Source of the DNA: Rubripirellula sp.
GTDB lineage: Bacteria; Planctomycetota; Planctomycetia; Pirellulales; Pirellulaceae
Direction of reading: 5' to 3'
Assembly (NCBI GenBank): GCA_965222745.1
Contig: CBDCUW010000004.1
Span: 686,041 to 750,040 of the forward strand
Length of the DNA: 64,000 bases
Position numbers and translations under genes: made by a program. The notes beneath the pieces are model-generated. The model was not told the origin of the DNA, ran no database searches, and saw only the letters and a program-made list of their open reading frames with translations. How positions within the stretch are numbered: position 1 is the stretch's first letter; each line of letters begins with the position of its first letter. Below are positions 1-9,536 of the stretch, one piece after another.

Positions 1-1
1 C

Positions 2-991
2 ACGGACGATCGCACGGAACGAGGAGACGAGAACCCGAACGCTCGATCTTGGGTCGCGGTCAACCCGGACAGCGAACTGATTCCGGTCGCTCGCGCCGGG
101 GGTGTGTTGGTGGCGATGACGGCGCCTCGCGGACGGTGGTTGCGAGGTCAGGCGGCGGTGCTACAGCTGGATGGCTGGACCGCTGCCGAGATGGCGCTGC
201 TGGCTCCGGCCGGATTGTACGTCGATTGGGGTGCAATGCAGCCTAGGGAAAACGACGACAAGGAACTTGCCGAGCGGCGTGAAGAGAAGTTTCAGCAACT
301 CGACGCGCTGCTTGACGAAGCTCGTCGCTACGGCCGAGCACGCCAATCGGACCCTGAAACGACTCCCACCGACGTTCGCCTGGAAAGTCTTTTGCCGGTG
401 ATCGCAGGAGACCTTCCCCTGATTGCCGAAGCGGATCTGCAAGAGACCATCGAATCGGCGATCACTTACTCGCAAAGTCAGCAACTGCGATTAGTCATCC
501 AAGGAGGTTACGACGCCGAGGCATGTGCCGATCTGCTGAAACAGTATCGTGTTCCCGTCATCATTGACGGGATCTATCGGCTGCCCAAACGCCGTGATGA
601 TCCCTACGACATGCCCTACACCTTGCCCGCGCGACTGCATCGGGCGGGAGTTGCATTTGCGATCGCCGGTGCGGGATCGGGTTCACCGGGCGGTGCCGCC
701 GCGACTCGAAATTTGCCTTATCACGCGGCCAACGCTGTCGCCTACGGCCTATCGCACGAACAAGCTCTTCGCGCAATCACACTGTCGGCCGCCGAGGTTC
801 TTGGGGTGGCCGGCCAGATCGGTTCGATCACCGTTGGCAAAGACGCCACCTTGATCATCGCCGACGGTGACATTTTGGAAACGGAAACCAACGTCACCGC
901 AGCGTACATCCAGGGACGAGTGGTCGATTTGGGAAGCCGACACACGACGTTGTACGAAAAGTACAAAATGAAGTATTCCTCGCGACAATGA
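2..991 (+). CDS. Amidohydrolase-family metal-dependent hydrolase, C-terminal part (5' end outside window)
   Basis: Frame is open from position 2 with no stop. The C-terminus (...AITLSAAEVLGVAGQIGSITVGKDATLIIADGDIL...) is typical of amidohydrolase-superfamily C-terminal beta-sandwich domains. Confidence 0.55.
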   Translation, partial: TDDRTERGDENPNARSWVAVNPDSELIPVARAGGVLVAMTAPRGRWLRGQAAVLQLDGWTAAEMALLAPAGLYVDWGAMQPRENDDKELAERREEKFQQLDALLDEARRYGRARQSDPETTPTDVRLESLLPVIAGDLPLIAEADLQETIESAITYSQSQQLRLVIQGGYDAEACADLLKQYRVPVIIDGIYRLPKRRDDPYDMPYTLPARLHRAGVAFAIAGAGSGSPGGAAATRNLPYHAANAVAYGLSHEQALRAITLSAAEVLGVAGQIGSITVGKDATLIIADGDILETETNVTAAYIQGRVVDLGSRHTTLYEKYKMKYSSRQ

Positions 992-1181
992 ATCGATCCC
1001 CCTCACCACTTGCCTCTCGTACTCGTGCTCGTGCTCGTACTCAGCGCCAGCGGTACTCGTACTCGACTCCCCCCATCTCACGTCAAACACCGACAAAAAA
1101 TCTCTCTGTGAATCGAGCACGAGTACGAGCACGAATAGCGAAGGCGTAAAAAAAGCTCGCCGACTTCCCGGCTAAGCGCGA

Positions 1182-2660
1182 CTAAGCGGGCAGCGTTACC
1201 GAAACCAGCGCTAGCAATGCCAGCAGCATCAGCAGTGCCACCATCCGTGGCGCCCATCTTGCTTTGGCTGGCAACTTTCGATCCGCTCGCATGCCTCGCG
1301 CCCACAAGATAAAAGACGAACCGATCATGATCGTTAGCACGTTGACCGACACCAACAACAGCGGTCCCAGCACGGGTGTTTCGCCCCGTTGAGTGCGCCC
1401 CCATTCTCCGAAGGCGATTTCCAATCCCGCCGTGGCGATCGGCGGCACCAGCGCAGCGGCGATCGCGGCGCCGGCCAGCGCGCTGGATAAATGACTTCTT
1501 GTCCTGGCATACGATGCCGCCATGCCACCGACCAGCCCGACACAAAAATCGAGCGGAGACGGCCGGCAGCGAGCCAACATCTCTCGCGTCGAGGCGAGCT
1601 CTTCCATGAGCGGAATCTGAAATCCCTCCTGCAAAAGTCTGACCAACAGCCCGAACGCCGCGCTGGCGATCAGGGCGCATAAGAATCCCATCGATATCGT
1701 CACCAGCGCCGATTGAAACAGCGGACGATTGCCATGAGTCAGCGCCAGACCCGCTCCCAAGATCGGTGTCATCAGCGGCGCGATCAGCATCGCTCCGATG
1801 ATCACCGCGGCTGAATCTTGCAGCAGCCCAAAGGCGGCCAGCATCGCAGAAGCGGAAATCAGCCCCAGGAATTCAAGATTCGGTTTCGAGCCTTCCTCCA
1901 GGTCGATCGACAGCTGTCGGCGCTGCTCGCGAACCATCGGTGGTGCGACCGAGGCGGCCCAATCCTGAATCTGCGCCCCCAGCGATTCTTTCAGCGATTC
2001 ACCATCGTGAACCAGCGCCAGCGACGTCGGACAGTTGTTTTCCAACAGCTTCAGACCAACCGCGTACACCGGATCTTCGCGGCTGGGATTGTCGATGCCA
2101 ACCAGCACCAGGTCGCCCAACTGATTGGCACTGGCATCGATTTCCGCGGTCACTTTTTCGACGACCTCGCCGACAGGCTCCTCGTCACCTTCAAACGGAT
2201 CGGGCAAGACGGCGGGCGGCTCGAAGCCGAACAGTTTCTCCGAAACCGAAGAGGTGGTGGCATTGTTGCGAGCCATCGCGGCAAACAAGCGGGTCGCCGT
2301 CGCCGGAGGCGGACCGCTGACCTGCAGCCAAAGCGCGGGAGCGCGGCAACTTTCGAACAACGGTTGCTGCAACTCCGAGGCGTCGGACCCGTAAACCATC
2401 ACCAGGGTGCTGCAACGCGCGGCCTTGGTTTTCAGCAATACCGCCTCCAGGTCCGGTTCGACCGCTTCCACCGCCAAACTGTCGATCGGCTGGTCCAGTT
2501 CATCCGACATTTTTCGGCGGGTATGTTCAAGCAGGACCTTGCTGTCCCTGCCGACCACCAGGGCATGAATCGATGCTCCGGAGGTTTGGGCGATCCTCTT
2601 GCACCATGGCATGCCGCTGCTGAGTTGATCTTCCGAGCCGACAACAAAAACGATACTCAT
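1182..2660 (-). CDS. DUF389 / TIGR00341-family integral membrane protein
   Basis: Start chosen at MSIVFVVGSEDQ (internal Met of the 565-aa ORF). It has a USP-like N-terminus plus a multi-TM C-terminus with a GAMLIAPLMTPILG motif, as in DUF389 proteins. Confidence 0.55.
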   Translation of the reverse strand: MSIVFVVGSEDQLSSGMPWCKRIAQTSGASIHALVVGRDSKVLLEHTRRKMSDELDQPIDSLAVEAVEPDLEAVLLKTKAARCSTLVMVYGSDASELQQPLFESCRAPALWLQVSGPPPATATRLFAAMARNNATTSSVSEKLFGFEPPAVLPDPFEGDEEPVGEVVEKVTAEIDASANQLGDLVLVGIDNPSREDPVYAVGLKLLENNCPTSLALVHDGESLKESLGAQIQDWAASVAPPMVREQRRQLSIDLEEGSKPNLEFLGLISASAMLAAFGLLQDSAAVIIGAMLIAPLMTPILGAGLALTHGNRPLFQSALVTISMGFLCALIASAAFGLLVRLLQEGFQIPLMEELASTREMLARCRPSPLDFCVGLVGGMAASYARTRSHLSSALAGAAIAAALVPPIATAGLEIAFGEWGRTQRGETPVLGPLLLVSVNVLTIMIGSSFILWARGMRADRKLPAKARWAPRMVALLMLLALLALVSVTLPA

Positions 2661-2866
2661 GACAGCCAGGAAAAACGAAAACGGCGGACGGCAAACTGCG
2701 GAAAAGCATAACGAATCAGACAATCGCTGGGCGAAAGGGCGATTGCCTTCCGTTGCAAGCCAAGCCGCAAAAAACGATAATCGGGTAGGTGAACAGGCGA
2801 CCGCTGCCGGCCGTAAACCAAAGATCACCAACCTTTTTTTGAAGTGAATCTTCTTTTCAAGAGGAC

Positions 2867-2973
2867 GGCTTTGCCCCAAAAAGGGGTCGGACCCTTTGGA
2901 GGGCGGCGGTGGCGGTTTTCTTTGACAAATGTTGTGCCCGAAGAGGGTCAGCCCCCTTTTTTGGGCAAAGCCC
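2867..2973. repeat. Palindromic ~100-bp intergenic repeat, family A copy 1 (GGCTTTGCCCCAAAAAGGGGTCGGACCC ... GGGTCAGCCCCTTTTTTGGGCAAAGCC)
   Basis: Terminal inverted arms flank a ~45-bp core. A reverse-complement copy sits at ~47728-47828 and half copies at ~62208-62256 and ~62510-62548. It occupies the leader region just upstream of the DegT gene RBS. Confidence 0.7.
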
Positions 2974-2984
2974 AGGAGGACACG

Positions 2985-4151
2985 TTGGAGCGACGTCGCG
3001 AGTATTTGCCGTTCGGCCGTCCCGACTTCACCGAAGAAGAAATCGATGCCGTTGCTCGCGTTTTACGTTCCGGATGGGTGGGAATGGGATCGGAGGTGTT
3101 GGCCTTCGAGGAGGAACTTGCCACTTACACTGGCGCGTCCCATGTCGTTGCGGTCAGCTCCTGCACCACCGCGCTTCATCTGACGCTGGCGGCTTTGGGA
3201 GTCGGTCCTGGTGACGAAGTGATTTGTCCCAGCCTGACCTGGTGCAGCACTGCCAACGCTGCACTTTACCTGGGCGCCGATGTTGTTTTTGCCGACGTCG
3301 ATTCGCAGTCTCTCTGCCTGAGCCATGAAACCGTGGCGGCCAAAATGACGCCGCGAACCAAGGCGGTGATCGTTGTCCATTTCGGAGGATTGGCTATCGA
3401 TACGGCACCGATTCGCAGCGCGGTCCCCGATGCAACCGCGATCGTGGAAGACGCCGCCCACGCCCTGGGTGCAAAGTATCCCGACGGTGGCGCGGTCGGT
3501 TCATCGGGCGATCCTACCTGTTTCAGTTTTTATGCCAACAAGAATCTTTCCACCGCCGACGGGGGCGCCGTTGCGCTTGCGGATTCCTCCCTGGTCGACC
3601 GCTTGCAGACGCTTCGTCAACATGGCCAGGCGGCCAACGCCTGGCAACGGTTTCGCGATCCCAAAATGGTGATGTGGACACCGTCAACCGAGCTTGGATT
3701 CAAGGCAAACTACACCGATCTGCAAGCGTCGATTGGCCGAGTTCAATTGCGCCGGTTCGGGCAGTTGCAGCAGCGCCGGCAGCAGATCGTCGATCACTAT
3801 CAGAATCGTTTGAGCGATCTGACGCCGCCACTGGGCTGGCAGCGGAGCTGTTTTGACGCGGCACACGCCCATCATCTGTTCTCGGTGCTGCTTCCGCTGG
3901 AAAAACTCCGGGCAACCCGCAACGAGATCCTGGCCCAGTTGCGGCAACGAAACATCGGGGCAACGATTCACTACGCCCCTTTGCATCAGATGCCATACTA
4001 TGTTGGGCGGCTGGGAGAAACTCGCTTGCCGGTTACCCAGCAGATTGCCGATCGTATCATGACCTTGCCGATCAGTCCGAGTATGACATGCGAAGATGCA
4101 GATGAAGTCTGCGACCATCTTCAAGAGATATTGGAGCAAGCTGCCCGATGA
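2985..4151 (+). CDS. DegT/DnrJ/EryC1/StrS-family PLP-dependent sugar aminotransferase
   Basis: Conserved N-terminal FGRPDFTEEEIDAV...SGW...G and internal blocks place it in the DegT family. A TTG start at 2985 is preceded by an AGGAGGA RBS. The longer 2844 ORF start is rejected because it lies inside repeat A1. Confidence 0.75.
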   Translation: MERRREYLPFGRPDFTEEEIDAVARVLRSGWVGMGSEVLAFEEELATYTGASHVVAVSSCTTALHLTLAALGVGPGDEVICPSLTWCSTANAALYLGADVVFADVDSQSLCLSHETVAAKMTPRTKAVIVVHFGGLAIDTAPIRSAVPDATAIVEDAAHALGAKYPDGGAVGSSGDPTCFSFYANKNLSTADGGAVALADSSLVDRLQTLRQHGQAANAWQRFRDPKMVMWTPSTELGFKANYTDLQASIGRVQLRRFGQLQQRRQQIVDHYQNRLSDLTPPLGWQRSCFDAAHAHHLFSVLLPLEKLRATRNEILAQLRQRNIGATIHYAPLHQMPYYVGRLGETRLPVTQQIADRIMTLPISPSMTCEDADEVCDHLQEILEQAAR

Positions 4152-5137
4152 ACCAACCAGGTCAATCCGCCGCAAAGTACGGATTCGGTGGTCGTTTGAG
4201 CGCCGCGTTTCCCTCGCAAATCGTCATCGACTCGACCGAGTTGTGTAATTTGGAATGCGTGCATTGCCCCCACCCACAGTTCAAACGCTCGGAAGTTTAT
4301 AGCGGACGGCGCCTCGATCCGGACTTGAGCAACAAAGCGATTGACGAAATCTCGCAAGCCGGCAAAGGTGCGTGCCAGTACGTTCGATTCACCGGCGAAG
4401 GCGAACCGCTGCTGCATGTCGATATCTTCGAGATGCTTCAGTACGCGGTACGGAACTCCGGGACCGCCGTGACCGTCACCACCAACGGGACACTTCACCA
4501 AGGTGGAAAACTGGAAAAGCTGATGGCCACGGAAGTCGACATCATCGACGTCAGCATCGATGCGTTGCTGCCGGAAACGTACGCACAAATCCGCGTCAAA
4601 GGAGACTTGAACGTGACGCGAGAAAACGTGCGGCGGCTGATTCAGATGTCGAAGTCACCGGGTTGCAAAACGAAAGTCGTCGTCAGCTACATTGAACAGC
4701 CGCAAAACGCCGACCAGACCGATGACTTTGAACGTTTCTGGAAAGACGAAGGGGCCGATTATGTTGTCATTCGCCGCATGCATTCCAACGCCGGTTCCCT
4801 GGTCCAGCTTGCCGATCAAATGCGCAGCGCCAACGATTCGCAGCCGCGCCGTGCTTGCTTGTACCCCTGGGAACGAATGATCTTGAACCCCCGCGGCATG
4901 TTGGCGTTCTGCCCAGTGGATTGGGTCAACGGATCGGCCATTGCCGACTACCGCGAAACCACCATCGCCGAAACGTGGCAAGGGGAGTTTTATCGGCGAT
5001 TACGCGAAGCCCATTTGACGAACTGTTACGGTGATCACAGTTTCTGCGAGCAATGTCCCGACTGGAAACAGACGCGATGGCCGGAAGACGGACGCAGCTA
5101 TGCCGACATGGTTCAAGACTTCAAGGACCGCGAGTGA
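4148..5137 (+). CDS. Radical SAM protein with C-terminal SPASM-like Cys-rich domain
   Basis: CNLECVHC CxxxCxxC motif follows the N-terminus. C-terminal cysteines (CLYPW...CPVDW...CEQCPDW) are SPASM-like. The gene overlaps the DegT stop by 4 nt. Confidence 0.7.
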   Translation: MNQPGQSAAKYGFGGRLSAAFPSQIVIDSTELCNLECVHCPHPQFKRSEVYSGRRLDPDLSNKAIDEISQAGKGACQYVRFTGEGEPLLHVDIFEMLQYAVRNSGTAVTVTTNGTLHQGGKLEKLMATEVDIIDVSIDALLPETYAQIRVKGDLNVTRENVRRLIQMSKSPGCKTKVVVSYIEQPQNADQTDDFERFWKDEGADYVVIRRMHSNAGSLVQLADQMRSANDSQPRRACLYPWERMILNPRGMLAFCPVDWVNGSAIADYRETTIAETWQGEFYRRLREAHLTNCYGDHSFCEQCPDWKQTRWPEDGRSYADMVQDFKDRE

Positions 5138-5155
5138 GTTCGCGTTTGGCAGACG

Positions 5156-5860
5156 ATGCGCGTTGGTGTGATTCAAAGCTGTTACCTTCCCTGGCGCGGA
5201 TATTTCGATTTTATCCAAAGCGTCGATCTGTTCGTGCTTTACGATGTCGTTCAGTACAGCAAAGGCAGTTGGCGCAACCGCAACCAGGTGAAAACGGCCG
5301 ATGGGTTGAAGTGGTTGACCGTCCCCGTTTCCGTTCACGGCAAACCGGCAATTGACCGAGTACCGATCGCGACGAGCCCTCCCTTGTGGAAACAGGATCA
5401 CCTGGCACGGTTGACCGAATCGCTCCAACCAGCTCCCTACTTTGAAGACGCGATGCAGCTATGGAGGGAGGGTGTGAACGAGGATTCTGGGCGTCTGAGT
5501 CCGTTGAATGCGCGGCTGATACGAATGATCTGTGATTACCTGGACATTCAAACGCCGATCGTCGATTCTCGTCAGTACCACACCACCGGCAGCAAGACCG
5601 AGCGATTGATCGCTTTGCTGACGCAGATCGGTGCAACGGCCTACCTGAGCGGACCGGCGGCCCGCGATTATTTGGACCAGCAGCAATTCCAGCAACATTC
5701 CATTCGCCTGGAATTCAAGAGTTACGACTACTTGCCCTATCCACAGTTGTGGGGCGATTTCATCGGTGCAGTCAGCGTGCTGGATTTGATCGCCAACGTG
5801 GGTCCCCAATCGGGACAGTTCCTACAAAGCCAGTCTCCTGACCTGATCGCCGTTCCATGA
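5156..5860 (+). CDS. WbqC-family protein (sugar-modification cluster)
   Basis: The N-terminus VIQSCYLPWRGYFDFI matches the WbqC-like family hallmark (MQPYFFPYIGYF...). Length is ~230 aa. Confidence 0.6.
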   Translation: MRVGVIQSCYLPWRGYFDFIQSVDLFVLYDVVQYSKGSWRNRNQVKTADGLKWLTVPVSVHGKPAIDRVPIATSPPLWKQDHLARLTESLQPAPYFEDAMQLWREGVNEDSGRLSPLNARLIRMICDYLDIQTPIVDSRQYHTTGSKTERLIALLTQIGATAYLSGPAARDYLDQQQFQQHSIRLEFKSYDYLPYPQLWGDFIGAVSVLDLIANVGPQSGQFLQSQSPDLIAVP

Positions 5861-7059
5861 AGATTGGTTTCTTTGGCAACACCAACAATTTTCCCTTCAT
5901 GTTGGCAAGGGCGTTTCGAGAATTGGGACACCAGGTGGTGTTCGTCGTCAATCGCAGCGAAAAGTTACATCGGCCTGAATTCCGATACGCCGACGTCGAC
6001 CATCCCTATCCGGATTGGATACACGAGATCGCCATCACCGACGCCGCCGATTTTGTTTCGGCCGGGTCGAAAAGGCGTCGCGTGATTCGATTGTTGCGGG
6101 ATTGTGATTTCGTGGTGTTGAACGACCTGGGAATCAGCCTGGCCGGCAACATCCGCTGTCCCTACTTGGCGCTGATCACCGGCAGCGACCTTTCGTACTA
6201 CTGCCAGCCCGATAGCGGTCGCCGGGTGATCGCCGACATGACCACGCGCAATCCCCTGAAACAGTTGTGGGGACGTTGGGTTTGGCGGCGAATCTTGCAC
6301 CTTCAGCGCCAGGGAGTGCGGCGCGCCGATTTGGTGTTCCACTTTGCCCGCGGTTTGATCCCCAGCAACGATGCGCTATTGGATGATCTGGATGTGAGCG
6401 ACGAGCGGCGGATGTTCTTTTTGATGGCGGATGTCCAGGCATTGCCGGCCAAACCGTTTCACTCCAATCCCCGGCCCAGAACGTTTTGCGCCACGCGGTT
6501 GACCTGGAAAGGAAGAAAGCAACCGGGCGACTCTTCGCTGGACTACAAAGGTTCGGATATCATGATCCGGGGGTTGGGCGAATTCTATCGGCGCAGCGAA
6601 ATGCCGCTGGACATTCACCTGGTGCGCAAAGGACAACACGTCGCGGAGACGGTCGACCTGGTGCAGGCCGAAGGGCTCACGCCGCTGGTTACCTGGCACG
6701 ACGAAATGACTCAAGCCGAAGTGTGGGACCAGTACGAGCTTGCCGATGTGGTGTTTGAACAGTTTGGCCAGGGAATCGTTGCCATGGCCGGATTGGAAGC
6801 GATGGCGGTGGGCCGGCCGGTGATCGCCAACGGACGGCCGGAAATTTTCGAGCCGATGTTGGGCGAACCCTCCGCCATCTGTCAGGCAACCAATCCTCAG
6901 GAGGTCTGTCAGCAGTTGCAACGGTTGCTGGGGGAAGATGCTCAGTGCCGCCAAGCCGGAGCCGCCTCACGAGCATGGGTCGAAAAACACTTTGCTCCCC
7001 AAGTCGCAGCGGAAAGAATTCTGACGCGTTTGGGATTCAAAACTCAAGGCAAAGTGTAG
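5857..7059 (+). CDS. Glycosyltransferase, GT4/GT1-like
   Basis: The C-terminal EX7E-like region FGQGIVAMAGLEAMAVGRPVIA indicates a Rossmann GT-B fold. The gene overlaps wbqC by 4 nt. Confidence 0.65.
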   Translation: MKIGFFGNTNNFPFMLARAFRELGHQVVFVVNRSEKLHRPEFRYADVDHPYPDWIHEIAITDAADFVSAGSKRRRVIRLLRDCDFVVLNDLGISLAGNIRCPYLALITGSDLSYYCQPDSGRRVIADMTTRNPLKQLWGRWVWRRILHLQRQGVRRADLVFHFARGLIPSNDALLDDLDVSDERRMFFLMADVQALPAKPFHSNPRPRTFCATRLTWKGRKQPGDSSLDYKGSDIMIRGLGEFYRRSEMPLDIHLVRKGQHVAETVDLVQAEGLTPLVTWHDEMTQAEVWDQYELADVVFEQFGQGIVAMAGLEAMAVGRPVIANGRPEIFEPMLGEPSAICQATNPQEVCQQLQRLLGEDAQCRQAGAASRAWVEKHFAPQVAAERILTRLGFKTQGKV

Positions 7060-7204
7060 AAAAACGGGGATGCCGGCGACGCTGTCAACGGGGCGCCGTT
7101 TCACCTGATTTTCGTCTCGAAGTGGCCGACTATTTGCTGGGGCGTAACGAAAATTCGGAGCAATCCGACTGGGAACAGGATCGAATCATCGTTAGCCTGG
7201 GGGT

Positions 7205-7858
7205 ATGGCTGCATCACATTCAGATTCCGGCGAAGCCGATTCGTATCTAGTCGAAAGAATTCGCGACGGAGACTCCGACGCCTGGCAAGCACTGATCGAC
7301 CGCTACGAAGGTCGATTGATGGCCTACACCGACAGCCGTATTCGAAATCGTGCCACCAGCGAAGACATCGTCCAAGAGGCGTTTGTCGGTTTTCTGATCA
7401 GCCTGCCGAATTATGACGGTGCGCGATCTTTGGAAAGTTACCTGTTTTCGATTTGCGCCTACAAGATGACCGATCATCTGCGCCGCGAAGGGCGCCGGCC
7501 GTCGATCCAGATGCATCGCCGCGGCAGCAGCTCCGGCGGACAGATGGAACCGGTGGGCGGCGATCGGGTCGCCAGCAGCATCGCTCGTAGCGTGGAACGA
7601 AAAGAAATCGAAGAATCGGCCGTCCGGGAAGCAATCGCCGAACAAATCCAACGTTGGAAAAGTAGTGATGGTTGGACCAAGCTTCGGGTGATCGAATTGT
7701 TGTTTGTGCGCGGATTGCCCAACAAAGAGGTCGCTGCCAAGACCAGCCTGACGGAACAGCAGGTCGCAAACTACAAGAGCGATTTTCAGATCCGGCTGCG
7801 GTCGATCGTGCGCCGAATGAACTTGGACGAGGGCGTGTTTCCTGAACTCGCCGAGTGA
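7205..7858 (+). CDS. RNA polymerase sigma-70 factor, ECF subfamily
   Basis: Region 2 (WQALIDRYEGRLMAYTDSRIRNRATSEDIVQEAFVGF) and a region 4 HTH (LLFVRGLPNKEVAAKTSLTEQQVANY) are both present. Confidence 0.8.
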   Translation: MAASHSDSGEADSYLVERIRDGDSDAWQALIDRYEGRLMAYTDSRIRNRATSEDIVQEAFVGFLISLPNYDGARSLESYLFSICAYKMTDHLRREGRRPSIQMHRRGSSSGGQMEPVGGDRVASSIARSVERKEIEESAVREAIAEQIQRWKSSDGWTKLRVIELLFVRGLPNKEVAAKTSLTEQQVANYKSDFQIRLRSIVRRMNLDEGVFPELAE

Positions 7859-9216
7859 TCGGTCGGCTACCTTCCAACGTGATGCTTCGCAAACTCGCCG
7901 AACGTATGCAGCTGGACAGGCCGCTTGCCTACGCGCTTTCTTCGCGCTTCTGGCAAGCGGTGTCGGGCCCCATCACGATCGCCTTGATCATTCGGGCACT
8001 CAGCGAGGATGAACAGGGAATCTACTACGCGTTCATCCCGGTCATTGGAATCCAGGCGTTTTTTGAACTCGGACTGCTCAATGTTCTGATCAGCCACGCC
8101 GGTCATGCCAGCGCCGCCCATGACGCGGCGGCTGGATCGCAGGACGAATCGGCCCAGGCGTCGGCCGATGGCCGCATGGGCGAACTGATTCGCGCCTCGA
8201 ATCGCTGGTTCGCCGCGGCCAGTGTGTTGTTCGCGCTGTCGGCCCTGGTTTTCGGCTGGTACACCTTTTCCAGCAGCGACCTTGCCGGCGGTTGGCAATG
8301 GCCGCTGGTTGTTTTGGTTCCCCTTGCCGCGATTTCCGTTTTCTTTGCACCGTCGCTGGCAATTCTAGAAGGGGCGGGACATCGCGAAATGATCTACCGC
8401 TTCCGATTCATCCAGATGGTTTGCGGAAGTGCCGCGGTCTGGATTGCCCTGGTTGCCGGCGCGGGAGTCTGGGCGATCGTCATTGCCACCGCGGTTCAAG
8501 CAATCTGTTCGGCCTATTTGGCTCTGGTACACATGGCATCGTTTTTCTCGCGATACCGCACCACCACCTGCAGCGAACATTTTTCGTGGCGGCGCGACGT
8601 ACTGCCGTTGCAATGGCGGGTGGCAGTCAACGGAGCAGCCTATCACCTGGCAACCCAGTTTCTGGTGACGGTGGTGTTGACCTTTCACACCGCGGCGGAA
8701 TCGGGCCGACTGGGAATGACATTGAGCGTGACCATGGCGATCCAGATGTTGGCCCTGGCCTGGACTCAAACGAAGTATTCATTGATTTCGTCGATGCACG
8801 GCAAAGGCGATCGCGAACAAGCGGGAACGATGTGGCGACATACCGCGGTGGTTTCCAGCGGATTGTTGGTGGTCGCTTTCGCACTGCTAGCCGCGGCCGT
8901 GGCGGCGCTGGCACTCTTCGAACGAGGCTGGGAAAACCGCTTCATCGCGCCGTGGCAATTGATCGTGTTGGGCATCGGCTGCCTGGCCAATCACCTGGTC
9001 GCGCTGCAGAGCTTTTATGTTCTGGCGCGGGGAGCAAAACCGCTTGTCGCCGCGTCACTGCCTGGACTGCTGATGACGGCGGCAGCCGTTTGGATCGCAG
9101 GCTATTACGGCGCGACATCAGGAGTCGTCATCGCCTTCACCGCCGGCATGGCATTGATACTGCTACCAATGCACACCTGGGCCTACCTGCGTTTTCGCGC
9201 GCAATACTCTTTTTAA
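7855..9216 (+). CDS. Polytopic membrane protein, flippase/polysaccharide-biosynthesis (MOP-like) candidate
   Basis: About 12 predicted TM helices. It is translationally coupled to the ECF sigma gene (ATGA overlap) and has no recognisable catalytic motif. Confidence 0.4.
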   Translation: MIGRLPSNVMLRKLAERMQLDRPLAYALSSRFWQAVSGPITIALIIRALSEDEQGIYYAFIPVIGIQAFFELGLLNVLISHAGHASAAHDAAAGSQDESAQASADGRMGELIRASNRWFAAASVLFALSALVFGWYTFSSSDLAGGWQWPLVVLVPLAAISVFFAPSLAILEGAGHREMIYRFRFIQMVCGSAAVWIALVAGAGVWAIVIATAVQAICSAYLALVHMASFFSRYRTTTCSEHFSWRRDVLPLQWRVAVNGAAYHLATQFLVTVVLTFHTAAESGRLGMTLSVTMAIQMLALAWTQTKYSLISSMHGKGDREQAGTMWRHTAVVSSGLLVVAFALLAAAVAALALFERGWENRFIAPWQLIVLGIGCLANHLVALQSFYVLARGAKPLVAASLPGLLMTAAAVWIAGYYGATSGVVIAFTAGMALILLPMHTWAYLRFRAQYSF

Positions 9217-9536
9217 GTCTCAAACTGCTCGAACATGGCTGCAACGAAGGCTTTGACCGCGGAGGTCATTTCCACTTCGATTTCGGGTGGGATTTTTGTC
9301 TTCGTCATAGCCAACCCAGACCGAATCCACCCCGGTCGTGTCGAGACAGATTCTCCATTTCCCCAGTCCGGCCCGTGAACAGTTACCCAATCAACCTGTG
9401 CTGTCACCGGCCTAACGAGATACCCGACTTAATCTTCATTCCCCATAGTCCTTTTCCCTGCTTAGGTAGTTGCAACCGAATTTTGTGGTCGCTATGGTTT
9501 CATTGGCGGAGGGCTTGACCTTGCCAATGTGGGGGT

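Noticed and set aside
2844-2984. Long N-terminal extensions of called ORFs (2844 DegT, 47717 sthA, 59078 TlpA-like, 60346 and 41076 DUF1559, 32997 giant protein, 20490 CARF protein, 10736 cas10, 15441 cmr6)
   Set aside because: The extensions read through intergenic repeats or the 3' end of the upstream gene. Internal starts give homolog-consistent N-termini and, where visible, RBS or signal peptides.
9213-9407. 64-aa minus-strand ORF between the membrane protein gene and cmr1
   Set aside because: No recognisable motif. It overlaps the 3' end of the membrane-protein gene and lies in the probable cmr promoter region. It may be real but is unsupported.
8292-9518. 408-aa plus-strand ORF overlapping the 12-TM membrane protein gene in another frame
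   Set aside because: The product is Arg/Gly-rich low complexity. The alternative frame (7855-9216) encodes a coherent polytopic membrane protein.
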